A stretch of 64,000 bases of DNA from an uncultured Gemmatimonadales bacterium (GCA_963708135.1 OY970192.1:2528001-2592000), one strand, 5' to 3'; counted from the first letter of the stretch, positions 41,950 to 52,370 are shown. Notes: a model not told the origin generated them from the sequence alone. Made by a program: numbers and translations.

Positions 41950-42553
41950 GCTCCGCCTCCAGAGCCGCGAACACCTCGATGGCCAGCGCGGCGCGGAGCC
42001 GCGCGAGCCGCGCCTCCAGCGTGCCGTCCACCTCCACCACTCCGTCGCCGGAGCGCACGACGAAGCCCGTTCCGATGCCGGCGTCCGCCTCCACCCGCAC
42101 CGGTCGCCCGCGCGCCGGCCCGGCCAGCGCCAGCGCCTCGCTCAGCCGGACGGTCAGAGCGGGAGAGCACCGTACCACGCCCCCGTCGCCTTCCCCGTCG
42201 GCCAGGTAGCCCAGGGCGTCCACGACCTCCGCCATCGCGCCGCGCAGGTACCGCTCGTCCGAAAGTGCCTCCGGCAGCCGCTCGGCCGCACGGGCGAGGA
42301 TCCGGTCGAGGAGCGAGCGGCGAATCCGCAGCAGCTCGGCCGTGGCCTCCCGCCGGGCGGCCGTGAGCGCGGCTTCCCGCATCCCGGCGAGGCGCCGCTC
42401 GGCCGCGTCGAGCGCCTCCACGCGCGCCTGCTCCACCCGCACGCGCGCCTCCGCCACCAGCCGCTCCGCATCCGCTGCCGACGTCTCCTCCACTCGCCCG
42501 ACCGCGGCCTCGCCCTCCGCGGTGATCGCGGCCAGCAGCTCCTCGAGCGCCAC
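41942..42553 (-). CDS. ntpE: V/A-type ATPase subunit E
   Basis: Coiled N-terminus; GFVVRSGDGVVEVDGTLEARL. Confidence 0.82.
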   Translation of the reverse strand: MALEELLAAITAEGEAAVGRVEETSAADAERLVAEARVRVEQARVEALDAAERRLAGMREAALTAARREATAELLRIRRSLLDRILARAAERLPEALSDERYLRGAMAEVVDALGYLADGEGDGGVVRCSPALTVRLSEALALAGPARGRPVRVEADAGIGTGFVVRSGDGVVEVDGTLEARLARLRAALAIEVFAALEAERE

Positions 42554-42559
42554 GACGCC

Positions 42560-42781
42560 TCAACTCCGACCCTGCAGCATGATCAGCACGGCCACCACGA
42601 ACCCGAGGATCACCATCGTCTCGGGAATCGCCACCATGATGATCACCGTTGCACTCAGCTCCGGCTTCTCCGCCAGGCTGGCGGCACCCGCCGGACCGAT
42701 CTTGCCCTGCGCCCACGCCGTCGCCAGCGCGGGGATGCCCACCGCCAGCGCCGCGCTCAGGGTGACCCAGACGGACTCCAT
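42560..42781 (-). CDS. ntpK: V/A-type ATPase subunit K (c), single hairpin
   Basis: AWAQGKIG...AEKPE...AIPETMVILG. Confidence 0.9.
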   Translation of the reverse strand: MESVWVTLSAALAVGIPALATAWAQGKIGPAGAASLAEKPELSATVIIMVAIPETMVILGFVVAVLIMLQGRS

Positions 42782-44701
42782 GATCTCTCCCGGGTTTCGG
42801 TGCTCCCCGTCTCCCGCCAGTGCCGGAACGGCTCGTAGCGCGTCCCGCCCGGGCTGAAGAACTTGCCGAAGAACTCGACGTAATGGAGACGGAGCGCGTG
42901 GATGCCCGGGCTGAACAGCCCGAGCGCGAAGTTGACCAGGTGGAACAGCAGCGCGAACAACACGCCCACGAACACGCTGCCCATCGTGCCCACCATGCGG
43001 TTGGCCACGACCGCCATCATGACCGATGCCGTGCCCAGCGCCATGATGCGCGCGTAGGACAGCACGTTCCCCAGCGTCGCCAGGAGCTCGATCGGCGCAA
43101 TGATCCCTTCGGCCAGGACGAGCACGGGGAAGGCGACGAGGAGCGTCACGATCGCCGGCGTATAGAACGCGCGCGGCAGCACCTCCGTCGCGGCCAGCAA
43201 CGCCAGCAGGATCAGCACGACCAGCAGCGCGGACAACCCCCGCCCGAGCGCCGCCCTCCCCTCCCGCTGCCGCAGGTGGCTCAGCATCCCGAGGACCAGG
43301 CCCAGCAGCACGTGCACGAGCCCGATCGAGACCGCCAGCGCGAGGAAGGGCAGCAGCGCCTCGGCCCGGTCGAAGAGCAGCGGGCGGATCCCCAGCAGCC
43401 GCATCCCGAGATCGCCGAACACTTCACCGTACAGCGCGCCGAAGATGATCGTGAACCCCGCGCACGCCCCGCCGATCTCCGACAGCTGCCGCAGCGTACT
43501 CCCCGGCCGCGACCGCAGGTGCAGCACGAGCGACAGCGCCGCGAGAACGGCGCCGTAGCCCATGTCACCGAGCATGAGGCCGCAGAACATCGGGAAGAAC
43601 ACCGCCACGAACGGCGTCGGATCGATGCTGCCATAGCGCGGCAGCGGCATCATGCGCACGATCAGCTCGAACGGCCTGAACAGGCGCGGATTCGAGAGCA
43701 CCACCGGGGCATCCGCCGCCGACCACGACTCCCGCGACACCTCCTCGAGGGCCGCTCCCTCCCCGAACGCCGCGCGCAGCGCCGACGCCAGCACCGGCAC
43801 CGACCGGCTGGGCGTCCAGCCCTCCAGCACGAATCCGTGCGCCGTCAGCGCCGCCTGCCCGAGTGCCTCCAGCTCCGTCAGCCGGTCGTGGAGCTCGCGA
43901 CGCGCGCGCTCCAGCCACGCCGTCTCGCCGGCTCGCTCCGCGGTCAGCTCCGCGGCCGTGGCGGCGAGCTCGCCCGGGATCTCCGCCAGCCGCTCCCGCA
44001 TCCTCGGCAGCGCCTCGCCCACCGTCGCCCCGTACCCCGCCGGCGCCCGCACCTCCTCCACCCCTGCCTCGCGCAGGATCCGCTCGACCTCTCGCCCCGC
44101 CGCCGCCGGCAGCAGGAGCAACACCCCCGTCTCTCCCGTCCCCAGCCCGGCCGTCCGGATCTCGAACCCGTCTCCCAGCACGCCCTCCAGCGCCGTGCGC
44201 AGCGACTCCGCCGCCTCCGTCGCGCCCTCACGCAGCACGATGTGGTACGCCGTGGCCGTCGACCACCTCGACTCGCTCGCGATGATCGCCTCGAACGCCC
44301 CGAAGAACTGGTCGTACTTCCCGACGAGCGCCCGCTCCTCCTCGAGATCCCGCCGCCGCTCGAGCAGCCGCTCCGCACGCCTCCTCACCTCCCACGCCCG
44401 CCGCGCCGCACCTGGCAGGTCGAGCGCCTGCTCCGCGGCTCCGCCGCCTCCGCCGCCGGACCGAGCCCGCCCCCGTACATCGACGCCCAGCGCCCGGATG
44501 GCACCCTCGACGTCCCCGAGAAGGCGCCTCAGCTGCCGGATCAGCCGCTCCTGCCGCGCCGTGTAGCGAACGCCCTCCAGCGCCTGCGCGCGCGGCGGCG
44601 GCGCCAGAATGCAGCAGCCCGATCTCCTGCACCACCCCCAGCACGTCGCCGAGCTGCTCCCGCCGCCCGAGGATCCGGACCTTCGACATGCGGATGATCA
44701 T
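42757..44701 (-). pseudogene. ntpI: V/A-type ATPase subunit I (a), frameshifted at ~44608
   Basis: MSKVRILG...GLLH, then an extra T, then an open frame to LEGW, PRYGSIDPT, GDMGYG, SYARIMAL, HALRLHYVEFF. Confidence 0.85.
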
Positions 44702-45061
44702 CCCGGCGCCGCTCCGGCCGCATCCCCGATCGCCTCACCCACGACCCGCTCCACCACCAGCGCCGCCAGCGCCTCCAGCCGCGCCCCACCGCGCCGCTCG
44801 AGCGAGCTCGCCACCACCGCCGCCTCGCTCCGCGCCGCCGCCACGGCCGCCGCGCACTCCGACTCCAGCCGCGACCCGAGCGCGCTCACCGCCGCTGTCA
44901 GCTCCGCTTCCGCCGACGTCTCCAGCGCCCGCGCCCCGGCCTCCGCCGCCGCGACGCGCTCCGCCGCGCGGGCCCGCGCCGCCTCCATGAGGCCCCCGAG
45001 TTGAACGCTCCGCCTCGATCAGCCGGTCCAGCCCGCTCCCCGGGTCCGTTCCCACCGACAT
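44698..45061 (-). CDS. V/A-type ATPase subunit G/H; apparent frameshift at ~45004 (or a shorter gene from 44988)
   Basis: MSVGTDPGSGLDRLIEAER, extra T, QLGGLMEAARARAAE...; first gene of the operon. Confidence 0.6.
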
Positions 45062-45142
45062 CGGCCCCCTCGCTGGTTCTCGCCCCCCGTTCACGTCCGT
45101 GAAGGGCGAACTCCATACCCCGGGTCCGTGGGAAATAAAGGA

Positions 45143-45156
45143 TTGATGTAGAACAA
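45143..45156. promoter_or_regulatory. FNR/CRP-family box
   Basis: TTGATGTAGAACAA vs consensus TTGAT-N4-ATCAA (9/10). Confidence 0.6.
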
Positions 45157-45200
45157 TTTACGAGGACAGATCGACCGGGGCGGCCGGGCTCGCGGGGGCG

Positions 45201-47339
45201 TTACGCCCCGGGGGTGGGACGCTGATGAGATGGAAGGCGACGACCGGCACGCGCGGGCACGCCGGCCGTCTGGTGCAGCGCGAGGTAGGCCGGGATGGCT
45301 TCGGGCTGCATCGGGGTGGCGAAGAGAAAACCCTGGGCGTAGCGGGCGCCGAGCAGCTGGAGCTGCGCGAGCTGCTCGGCGGTCTCGACGCCCTCGGCGA
45401 CGGTGTCGAGGCCGAGGTTGCGGGCTAGCGCCAGGATGGTGCGCACGAGCTCGCGCGCGCCGTCGGTGCCACCGATGCGCGCCGTGAAGGAGCGATCGAT
45501 CTTGAGGAAGTCGACCGGGAACTGCTGCAGGTAGGCAAGGGAGGAGTAGCCGGTGCCGAAGTCGTCGATGCAGATGCGCACGCCCAGGTCGCGCAGGCTG
45601 CGTAGCACGGTGATGCCCGCCCCGCCGCGGTGCATGAGGGCGCCTTCCGTGATCTCGACCAGCAGGTGGTCGGCGTGCGCGCCGGTGCGCTCGAGGATGG
45701 CGGCGAGGTGCTCGGGGAGGGAGGCGTCGCGGAGCTGGCGCGGGGAGAGATTGACGGAGGCGACGAGGCCCGGCGCGGGGATGGTCGCGTTCCACTCCGC
45801 CAGACGGCGGCAGGTCTCCTCGAGGACCCATAGCCCGATCGGTCCGATCAGGCCGGTCTCCTCGGCGATGGCGAGGAACGCGTCCGGGAGCAGCATCCCG
45901 CGCTCGGGGTGCTGCCAGCGCAGCAGCGCCTCGAAACCGATGAGGCGGCGTGGCTGCAGCGCGAGGATCGGCTGGAACGCGAGCGCGAGCTGTCGCTCGG
46001 CGGCCGCCATGCGCAGGTCGGTCTCCAGGCGGAGCACGTCCACGGCCTGGGCGTGCATCTCCTGGTCGAAGGTCGCGAACCCGGCGCGGCCCCCGGCCTT
46101 GGCTCGGTACATCGCGATGTCCGCGTCGCGCAGGAGGTCGCCCGGGGCCGTGTAGAGCCGGGACCCCAGCGCGATCCCGATGCTCGCCGACGTGAAGACG
46201 GCGCGGCCCTCCAGCTCGAAGGCGCGGCCGAGCCGGTGCAGGATCCGCGTGGCCACCCGCTCCGGGTCGTCGGGTCCCTCCATCCCGTCCAGCAGCAGGG
46301 CGAACTCGTCGCCGCCCAGCCGGGCCACGGTGTCCTCGGCGCGCACGCACGAGGAGACCGCCGCGGCGACCTGTCGCAGCAGCGCGTCGCCGAGGAGGTG
46401 CCCGAGACTGTCGTTGACGATCTTGAAGCGGTCGAGGTCGAGGAAGAGCACCGCGAACAGGTAGTCCGGGCGGCGACTGGCCCGTGCAAGCGCATGCTCG
46501 AGGCGATCCAGGAAGAGCGCCCGATTCGGCAGGCCCGTCAGCGTGTCGTGGAAGGCGTGGTGCAGGAGCTCGCGCTCGACCTCCTTGCGCCCCGTGATGT
46601 CGTGGATGATCCCGTGGTGCCCCTCCACCTCGCCCTGCGGCGAGCGCCGCGCCGCCGCCGAGATGAGCGCCCAGAACGCGTTACCGTCCGGCCGCCGCAG
46701 CCGTGCCTCGAAGTCCGTGACGGCGCCGGACGCCTCCAGCCCGGCCGTGAAGCGCTCCAGCGCCTCCCTCTCGACGAACCAGGAGGCCACGTTGGAGGTG
46801 GTCTCGCCCAGGAGCTCCGCCGCGGACGCGTTCAGGTCGAGCACGCGCCCGTCGCGGTGCGCGATGTAGATCGCCTCACGGGACCGCTCGAACAGGGAAC
46901 GGTACCGCTCCTCGCTCTCGCGCAATGCACGCGTCGCGAGCCGCTCCCGCATCGAGACGCGGTGCCGTTCGAGCGCGTGGCGCACCGCCCGCACGATCAG
47001 CGTGGGGAAGAGCTGCTCCAGCAGCAGGTACTCATCGGCGCCCTGCATGACCGCCTTCAACGCCACCGCCTCGCGTGCCGCCACCGTCAGCACGACAATG
47101 GCGATGTCGCAGGCGGACCGCAGCAACACGAATCCGCCCAGGCCCGGGTGATCGGGCACCGCCATGTCCAGGAGAACCATGTCGAAGGGGCGGTCGGCGA
47201 GCGCCGCAAGCCCGTCCTCGAGACGCGACACGCGCTGCACGTCGTAGGACCCGACAGCCTCGCTCAGCGCGTCCTCCAGGACACGCGCCACGCCGGAGCG
47301 GTGCTCGATCAGAAGCAGCGACACTCGTTCGTCGGACAT
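45201..47339 (-). CDS. REC-PAS-GGDEF-EAL diguanylate cyclase/phosphodiesterase
   Basis: VLLD, HDITGRK, HDTLTGLPNR, RLGGDEF, FEALLRW, DDFGTGYSS. Confidence 0.93.
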   Translation of the reverse strand: MSDERVSLLLIEHRSGVARVLEDALSEAVGSYDVQRVSRLEDGLAALADRPFDMVLLDMAVPDHPGLGGFVLLRSACDIAIVVLTVAAREAVALKAVMQGADEYLLLEQLFPTLIVRAVRHALERHRVSMRERLATRALRESEERYRSLFERSREAIYIAHRDGRVLDLNASAAELLGETTSNVASWFVEREALERFTAGLEASGAVTDFEARLRRPDGNAFWALISAAARRSPQGEVEGHHGIIHDITGRKEVERELLHHAFHDTLTGLPNRALFLDRLEHALARASRRPDYLFAVLFLDLDRFKIVNDSLGHLLGDALLRQVAAAVSSCVRAEDTVARLGGDEFALLLDGMEGPDDPERVATRILHRLGRAFELEGRAVFTSASIGIALGSRLYTAPGDLLRDADIAMYRAKAGGRAGFATFDQEMHAQAVDVLRLETDLRMAAAERQLALAFQPILALQPRRLIGFEALLRWQHPERGMLLPDAFLAIAEETGLIGPIGLWVLEETCRRLAEWNATIPAPGLVASVNLSPRQLRDASLPEHLAAILERTGAHADHLLVEITEGALMHRGGAGITVLRSLRDLGVRICIDDFGTGYSSLAYLQQFPVDFLKIDRSFTARIGGTDGARELVRTILALARNLGLDTVAEGVETAEQLAQLQLLGARYAQGFLFATPMQPEAIPAYLALHQTAGVPARAGRRLPSHQRPTPGA

Positions 47340-47466
47340 CGCGCTCCCTTCCGGACGCACGGCCTCGGCGCCGCTCCGACTCGGATCGGGGTTCGATTCA
47401 ATCTGCTTGGACGCTGTGTTGGGACCGGGAGAGAGAGAGAGCGGGACCCGCGCCCGCGGCGGTGCG

Positions 47467-47482
47467 TGCAAGTTGGGGACCA
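47467..47482 (-). promoter_or_regulatory. Sigma54-like promoter
   Basis: TGGTCCCCAACTTGCA (GG-N10-GC). Confidence 0.55.
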
Positions 47483-47556
47483 GCCACCCCCGCCGGCAAC
47501 CCCTTTGGCGCGCCCCGCCAGGGGGTCCTCCCGCGCGCACGCTGCGCCGCCGGGCG

Positions 47557-47985
47557 CTATTCGGTCAGGTCGGGACCTCCGTGCAGCGCGATCCTGTGCC
47601 CGCTCCACGCACCCGCCACCGCGGCCACCATCTGGAGCAGGAGCAGCGTGGCCGAGAGCGCGGGCGGCAACGCCTGCCACTCGGCGCCACCGCGGAGGAT
47701 GAACACCACGGCCACGTTCAGCAGGAACCACGCGACGAGGGAGAACACGCCGATCGAGACGCCGTGCAGGATCGGCGCGTCGATCGAGCGGAAGCCCGTG
47801 AACAGCCCCCCGATCCAGAATCCCAGCGCCACCGCGATGATGCTCCAGAACGCGCCGAGACCCTCGGGGCCCAGGATGCCCGTACCGGCAAGGATGATCA
47901 GGACCAGGGAGGTCGCCGCGGCAGCGATCAGCCAGCCGGCCACCACCCAGCCGAAGTGGACGTTCTGAAGGTGCTCGGTGTGCAT
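47557..47985 (-). CDS. Four-TM membrane protein
   Basis: Four hydrophobic segments; GG...ILHG pattern. Confidence 0.75.
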   Translation of the reverse strand: MHTEHLQNVHFGWVVAGWLIAAAATSLVLIILAGTGILGPEGLGAFWSIIAVALGFWIGGLFTGFRSIDAPILHGVSIGVFSLVAWFLLNVAVVFILRGGAEWQALPPALSATLLLLQMVAAVAGAWSGHRIALHGGPDLTE

Positions 47986-47986
47986 G

Positions 47987-48694
47987 TCAGGCGTTCAGGT
48001 CGAGAGAGAGCTGCACCGGAACGAAGCTCCTCCGGTGATGCGGCGTGGGTCCGTGGCTCGCCAGCGCCTCGAGGTGCTCGCTCGTCGCATAGCCGACGTT
48101 GGTGCACCAGCCGTACGTCGGGTAGCGCGGCGCGAGCCGGTGCATCAGGCGGTCCCGTACCACCTTGGCCACCACGGACGCGCACGCCACGGCATGCACC
48201 AGCGCATCGCCGTCCACGACGGCCGTGTGCTCGCCCAGGGTGGGCACCGGCAGGCCGTCCACGATGATGTGCTGGGGGGCTAGCGTGAGCCGGGAGACGG
48301 CACGCGCCATGGCCAGGTGGCTGGCCCGCAGAATGTTCAGCCGATCGACCTCGCGGCAGCTCGCCGCGCCCACCCCGAGCGAGAGGGCGTGCGCGCGGAT
48401 CTCCACGGCCAGCGTCTCGCGCCGCTCCGCCGTGAGGCGCTTCGAGTCGTCCACCCCGCGAACGGCGAAGCCGGGCGGCAGGATCACCGCCGCGGCCACC
48501 ACCGGACCTGCGAGCGGTCCGCGACCCGCCTCATCGACGCCCGCGATGTGCTCGAGGCCGCGCTCCCAGAGCTCGCGCTCCATGGACAGCAGCTTCTTCA
48601 GCCGGAGCGTCTCGCGCCGCTTGCGCGCCGCGGCCCGCAAGCGGGCCTGCTCCCGCTTCGAGCGCTGGACGCCGTCCGTCCGCGGGCCGCCCAT
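47987..48694 (-). CDS. rnhB: Ribonuclease HII
   Basis: GVDEAGRGPLAGPV, DSKRL, ASVVAKVVRD, HRRSF. Confidence 0.96.
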   Translation of the reverse strand: MGGPRTDGVQRSKREQARLRAAARKRRETLRLKKLLSMERELWERGLEHIAGVDEAGRGPLAGPVVAAAVILPPGFAVRGVDDSKRLTAERRETLAVEIRAHALSLGVGAASCREVDRLNILRASHLAMARAVSRLTLAPQHIIVDGLPVPTLGEHTAVVDGDALVHAVACASVVAKVVRDRLMHRLAPRYPTYGWCTNVGYATSEHLEALASHGPTPHHRRSFVPVQLSLDLNA

Positions 48695-48706
48695 GGCAGG
48701 CGGCGC

Positions 48707-49054
48707 TCAGCCCTGGCGCTTCTCGCGGATCCGCGCCGACTTCCCGCGCCGCTCGCGCAGGTAGTAGAGCTTGGCCCGGCGGACCCGGCCGCGTCGCACT
48801 ACCGTCACGGACTCGATCATCGGCGAGTGCACGGGGAAGACCCTCTCCACGCCGATTCCGCTCGAGATCTTCCGCACCGTGAACGTCTCCGTCACGCCGC
48901 CGTTCTTGCGCGCAATGCACACGCCCTCGAACGCCTGGATCCGCTCCTTGTCGCCTTCGCGCACCCGGACGTTCACCCGCAGCGTGTCGCCCGGCGCGAA
49001 CTGCGGCAGGTCGGTCCGCAGCTGCTCGTTCATGACTTCCTGTAGGATATCCAT
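48707..49054 (-). CDS. rplS: 50S ribosomal protein L19
   Basis: [28 protein letters not shown]. Confidence 0.97.
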   Translation of the reverse strand: MDILQEVMNEQLRTDLPQFAPGDTLRVNVRVREGDKERIQAFEGVCIARKNGGVTETFTVRKISSGIGVERVFPVHSPMIESVTVVRRGRVRRAKLYYLRERRGKSARIREKRQG

Positions 49055-49098
49055 GGCTCTTCTCCTGGGCGTCGCGCGGAAGCGCCGGCCACCCTGCC

Positions 49099-49797
49099 TT
49101 ACGCGCTCCCGCCGTGCTTCTCGTTGTGCTCCCGCCAGAGATCGGGGCGCCGTTCCCGCGTCAGCCGCTCCGCCTGCTCCCGCCGCCACGCCTCCACCCG
49201 CGCGTGGTCTCCCGAGAGCAGTACCTCCGGCACCTCAAGACCGCGGTACTCCGCCGGCCGCGTGTACGACGGCGGACTGAGCAGGCCCTCGTCGTAAAAC
49301 GAATCGGAGGCCGCCGACTCGTGCGTCCCGAGCGCGCCGGGAAGCAGGCGGACCACCGCATCCGTCACCGCCAGCGCCGCCGCCTCCCCGCCGCTCAGCA
49401 CGAAATCCCCGAGCGACAGCTCATCCACCGCCAGCGCATCCGCCACCCGCTGGTCCACATCCTTGTAGTGCCCGCAGAGCAGTGTCAGCTCCGGCTCCAG
49501 CGACAGCCGAACCGCATCCTCGTGGCGGAAGCGCCGGCCCCTTGCCGACAGCAGGATCACCCGCCCCGCCGGCGCCAGCGCCTCCACCGCCTCGAAGAAC
49601 GGCTCCGGCTTCAGCACCATCCCGGCACCGCCGCCGAACGGATAGTCGTCCACGGTCCGATGCCGGTCGTGCGTGTAGGCCCGCAGGTCCACCACCCGGT
49701 ATTCCACCAGGCCCGCCGCAGCCGCACGAGCCGGGATGCTCAGCGCCAGAGGGCCGCTGAAGAACTCCGGGAACACCGTCACGATGTTGATGCGCAC
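49099..49797 (-). CDS. trmD: tRNA (guanine-N1)-methyltransferase
   Basis: [34 protein letters not shown]. Confidence 0.96.
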   Translation of the reverse strand: MRINIVTVFPEFFSGPLALSIPARAAAAGLVEYRVVDLRAYTHDRHRTVDDYPFGGGAGMVLKPEPFFEAVEALAPAGRVILLSARGRRFRHEDAVRLSLEPELTLLCGHYKDVDQRVADALAVDELSLGDFVLSGGEAAALAVTDAVVRLLPGALGTHESAASDSFYDEGLLSPPSYTRPAEYRGLEVPEVLLSGDHARVEAWRREQAERLTRERRPDLWREHNEKHGGSA

Positions 49798-49815
49798 GGG
49801 CCCGTCCCGTCCCGC

Positions 49816-50367
49816 CTACAGCTCCAGCAGCCCGGGGGGTGGCTCGATCACCACTCGCCCCGCGTCCAGGTCCACCTTGCGCACGATCCGCTCGGTGAAC
49901 GGGATCAGGTGCTGCTTCCCCGTCTCCCCACGGACTTCCAGCAGGTGCGCCGGCTCCGTGTCGTAGACCTCGCGCACCCGCCCGACCGCCTCGCCCTCCG
50001 CCGTCACGACCTCCAGCCCGAGCAGCTGGTGATAGAAGACCTCGCCCTCCTCGAGCGGCGCCACCTCCGCTGCCGGAACCAGCAGGTAGCGTCGGGAGAG
50101 GGGCTCCACCGCCGCGCGGTCCTCGAGCGCCTCGAACTTCACCAGCACCCCACGCTTGAACGGCCGCACCCGCTCCACCACCAGCGCCTGCGGCTCGGCC
50201 CCCAGCGTCCCCTCCTCGTCTCCCCCGAGCAGCCGGCGCCCCGGGGCGAAGAGCGCCTCCGGCCGATCCGTCAGCGGCCAGACGAACACCTCTCCGCGCA
50301 TCCCGTGCGGCTTCGTCACCTGCCCGACCACCAGATGGTCGGGCACGCCCGGCCCGCCGCCCGCCAT
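49816..50367 (-). CDS. rimM: 16S rRNA processing protein
   Basis: KPHGMRGEV, FYHQLLGL, LIPF, PPGLL. Confidence 0.93.
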   Translation of the reverse strand: MAGGGPGVPDHLVVGQVTKPHGMRGEVFVWPLTDRPEALFAPGRRLLGGDEEGTLGAEPQALVVERVRPFKRGVLVKFEALEDRAAVEPLSRRYLLVPAAEVAPLEEGEVFYHQLLGLEVVTAEGEAVGRVREVYDTEPAHLLEVRGETGKQHLIPFTERIVRKVDLDAGRVVIEPPPGLLEL

Positions 50368-50370
50368 CGA

Positions 50371-50925
50371 CTACTCCGCCTGCGGCTCCTCGGCCGCGGC
50401 TTCCTCGCCAGCCGGCGCGGGCGCCGCCGCCGGCTCGACGGCCGCGGCCGGCTGCGCGGTGTCGGCGCCCGCCTCGTCGGTGGCTTCGGCCGCGGCCGGG
50501 GCCGCCTCCGCCTTCGGCTTCCGCGTGCGCTTCGCCTCGCCGGGCGCCGCCTCGGCCTCGGCCTCGGGCGTCGCCGCCTCCACTGCCAGGGGCGCCTCCG
50601 CCGTGGGCTCGACCGCCTCGGGAGCGGCCGGCTCCGCCGCAACCGCGCCTCCGCCCGCCGGCCGCAACTCGACCCTGGCGTCCCCGCCCTTGCGCGCCTT
50701 CCGGACCAGCGAGGCGGCGGTGTCGCTCAGCTCGGCACCCTTCTCGAGCCAGGCATCGACCTTGGCGATGTCCATCTCGAGCGCCGCGGGCTGACGCCTC
50801 GGATTGTAGAAGCCCACGCTGTCGATGTAGGCACCATCGCGGGGCGCCGCCTGGTCCGTCACGACGATGCGGTAGCTCGGCTGCTTCTTCCGGCCCACAC
50901 GCCGGAGTCGGATCCTCAGAGACAT
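50371..50925 (-). CDS. rpsP: 30S ribosomal protein S16 with long low-complexity tail
   Basis: MSLRIRLRRVGRKKQPSYRIVV...GFYNP. Confidence 0.95.
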   Translation of the reverse strand: MSLRIRLRRVGRKKQPSYRIVVTDQAAPRDGAYIDSVGFYNPRRQPAALEMDIAKVDAWLEKGAELSDTAASLVRKARKGGDARVELRPAGGGAVAAEPAAPEAVEPTAEAPLAVEAATPEAEAEAAPGEAKRTRKPKAEAAPAAAEATDEAGADTAQPAAAVEPAAAPAPAGEEAAAEEPQAE

Positions 50926-50958
50926 GGTCTTCGCGGTTCGGGTTGCGTCTCGCGCGGT

Positions 50959-52302
50959 TCAGAATCCCAGGCCGGGGATCCGCGGCATGCGGCCCCCACG
51001 ACCCGCTCCGAACCCACGCAGCTGCTTCATCATCTTCTGCATCTGCTTGAACTGCTCCATCAGCCGGTTCACCTCCGACACCGGCCGGCCGGAGCCGCGC
51101 GCGATCCGCGCCCGGCGCGAACCATTCAGGATCTCTGGCCTGCGCCGCTCCTGCGGCGTCATCGAGAGCACGATCGCCTCCACGTGCCGGATGCGCTTCT
51201 CATCCACGTTGGCACCCTTCAGCATCTTCGAGCTCACGCCCGGCACCATCTTCAGGAGCCCTTCCAGCGGCCCCATCTTCTGCATCTGCCGCATGACGCT
51301 CAGGAAGTCCTCCAGATCGAACTTCCCTTCCTTCGAGACCTTGCGCTCCAGCCGGCGCGCCTCGTCCTGGTCGAAGGCCTCCTGTGCCTTCTCGACCAGC
51401 CCCACCACGTCCCCCTGCTGCAGGATCCGGCCGGCCATCCGCGCCGGATCGAACACCTCCAGCCCATCCGGCCGCTCGCCGACCCCGAGGAACTTGATCG
51501 GCACCCCCGTCGTCCCCCGAATCGAGAGCGCCGCGCCGCCACGTGCGTCGCCGTCCATCTTGGTCAGGATCACGCCCGTCAGTCCGAGCGCCTCATGGAA
51601 CCCCTCGGCGATCCGCACCGCCTCCTGCCCGATCATCCCGTCCACCACCAACAGCTTCTCGGTCGGTTCCACCGCCGCCTGGACCCGCCTCAGCTCATCC
51701 ATCAGGTCGGTGTCGATCTGCAGCCGCCCCGCGGTGTCCAGGATCAGGGCCCGGCTGCGGTCCGCCCGCGCCTTCTCGACCGCCCGGCGCGCCAGCCCGG
51801 CCACGTCCGTCGTGCCGCGCTCCGTATAGACCGGCACGCCCACCTGTTCCCCCAGCGCCTCCAACTGGTCGATCGCCGCCGGACGGTACACGTCCAGCGC
51901 CGCCAGCATCGGAGATCGGCCCTCGCGCGCCAGCCGCTTGGCCAGCTTCGCCGCCGTCGTCGTCTTGCCGGAGCCCTGCAGCCCGGCGAGCAGGATCACC
52001 GTGGGCGGGATCGGCGCGATCCTGAGCCCATCCTTCTCTTCACCCAGCAGGTGCACCAGCTCGTCGTGCACGATCTTGACGATCTGCTGCCCCGGCGCGA
52101 CCGACTTCAGCACCTTCTCGCCCAGAGCACGTTCCTCCACGCGCTCCAGGAAATCCCTGGCCAGCCTGTAGTTTACGTCCGCCTCCAGCAGCACCCGCCG
52201 GACCTCACGGAGTCCTTCCCGGATCATCGACTCCGTGAGCATGCCGCGCTGCTTGAAGGGGCCGAGAACTCCGTCCAGCTTTTCGGAGAGTTCCTCGAAC
52301 AT
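50959..52302 (-). CDS. ffh: Signal recognition particle protein
   Basis: GLQGSGKTT, DTAGR, TKMDGDARGGAALS, SRRARIARGSG. Confidence 0.97.
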   Translation of the reverse strand: MFEELSEKLDGVLGPFKQRGMLTESMIREGLREVRRVLLEADVNYRLARDFLERVEERALGEKVLKSVAPGQQIVKIVHDELVHLLGEEKDGLRIAPIPPTVILLAGLQGSGKTTTAAKLAKRLAREGRSPMLAALDVYRPAAIDQLEALGEQVGVPVYTERGTTDVAGLARRAVEKARADRSRALILDTAGRLQIDTDLMDELRRVQAAVEPTEKLLVVDGMIGQEAVRIAEGFHEALGLTGVILTKMDGDARGGAALSIRGTTGVPIKFLGVGERPDGLEVFDPARMAGRILQQGDVVGLVEKAQEAFDQDEARRLERKVSKEGKFDLEDFLSVMRQMQKMGPLEGLLKMVPGVSSKMLKGANVDEKRIRHVEAIVLSMTPQERRRPEILNGSRRARIARGSGRPVSEVNRLMEQFKQMQKMMKQLRGFGAGRGGRMPRIPGLGF

Positions 52303-52341
52303 CGCCTTTCCCGCTGCCGTCCGACCGCAATCGAGCCCGTA

Positions 52342-52370
52342 AATCTAGCCCATGGGCGCGCGCCGCTCAA
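52342..52370 (-). promoter_or_regulatory. Sigma70-like promoter of the ffh operon
   Basis: TTGAGC-N17-TAGATT. Confidence 0.6.

Noticed and set aside
42757..42781. Fourth frameshift at the subunit I C-terminus (25-bp overlap with K)
   Set aside because: All conserved motifs are complete before the overlap, and no indel is needed.
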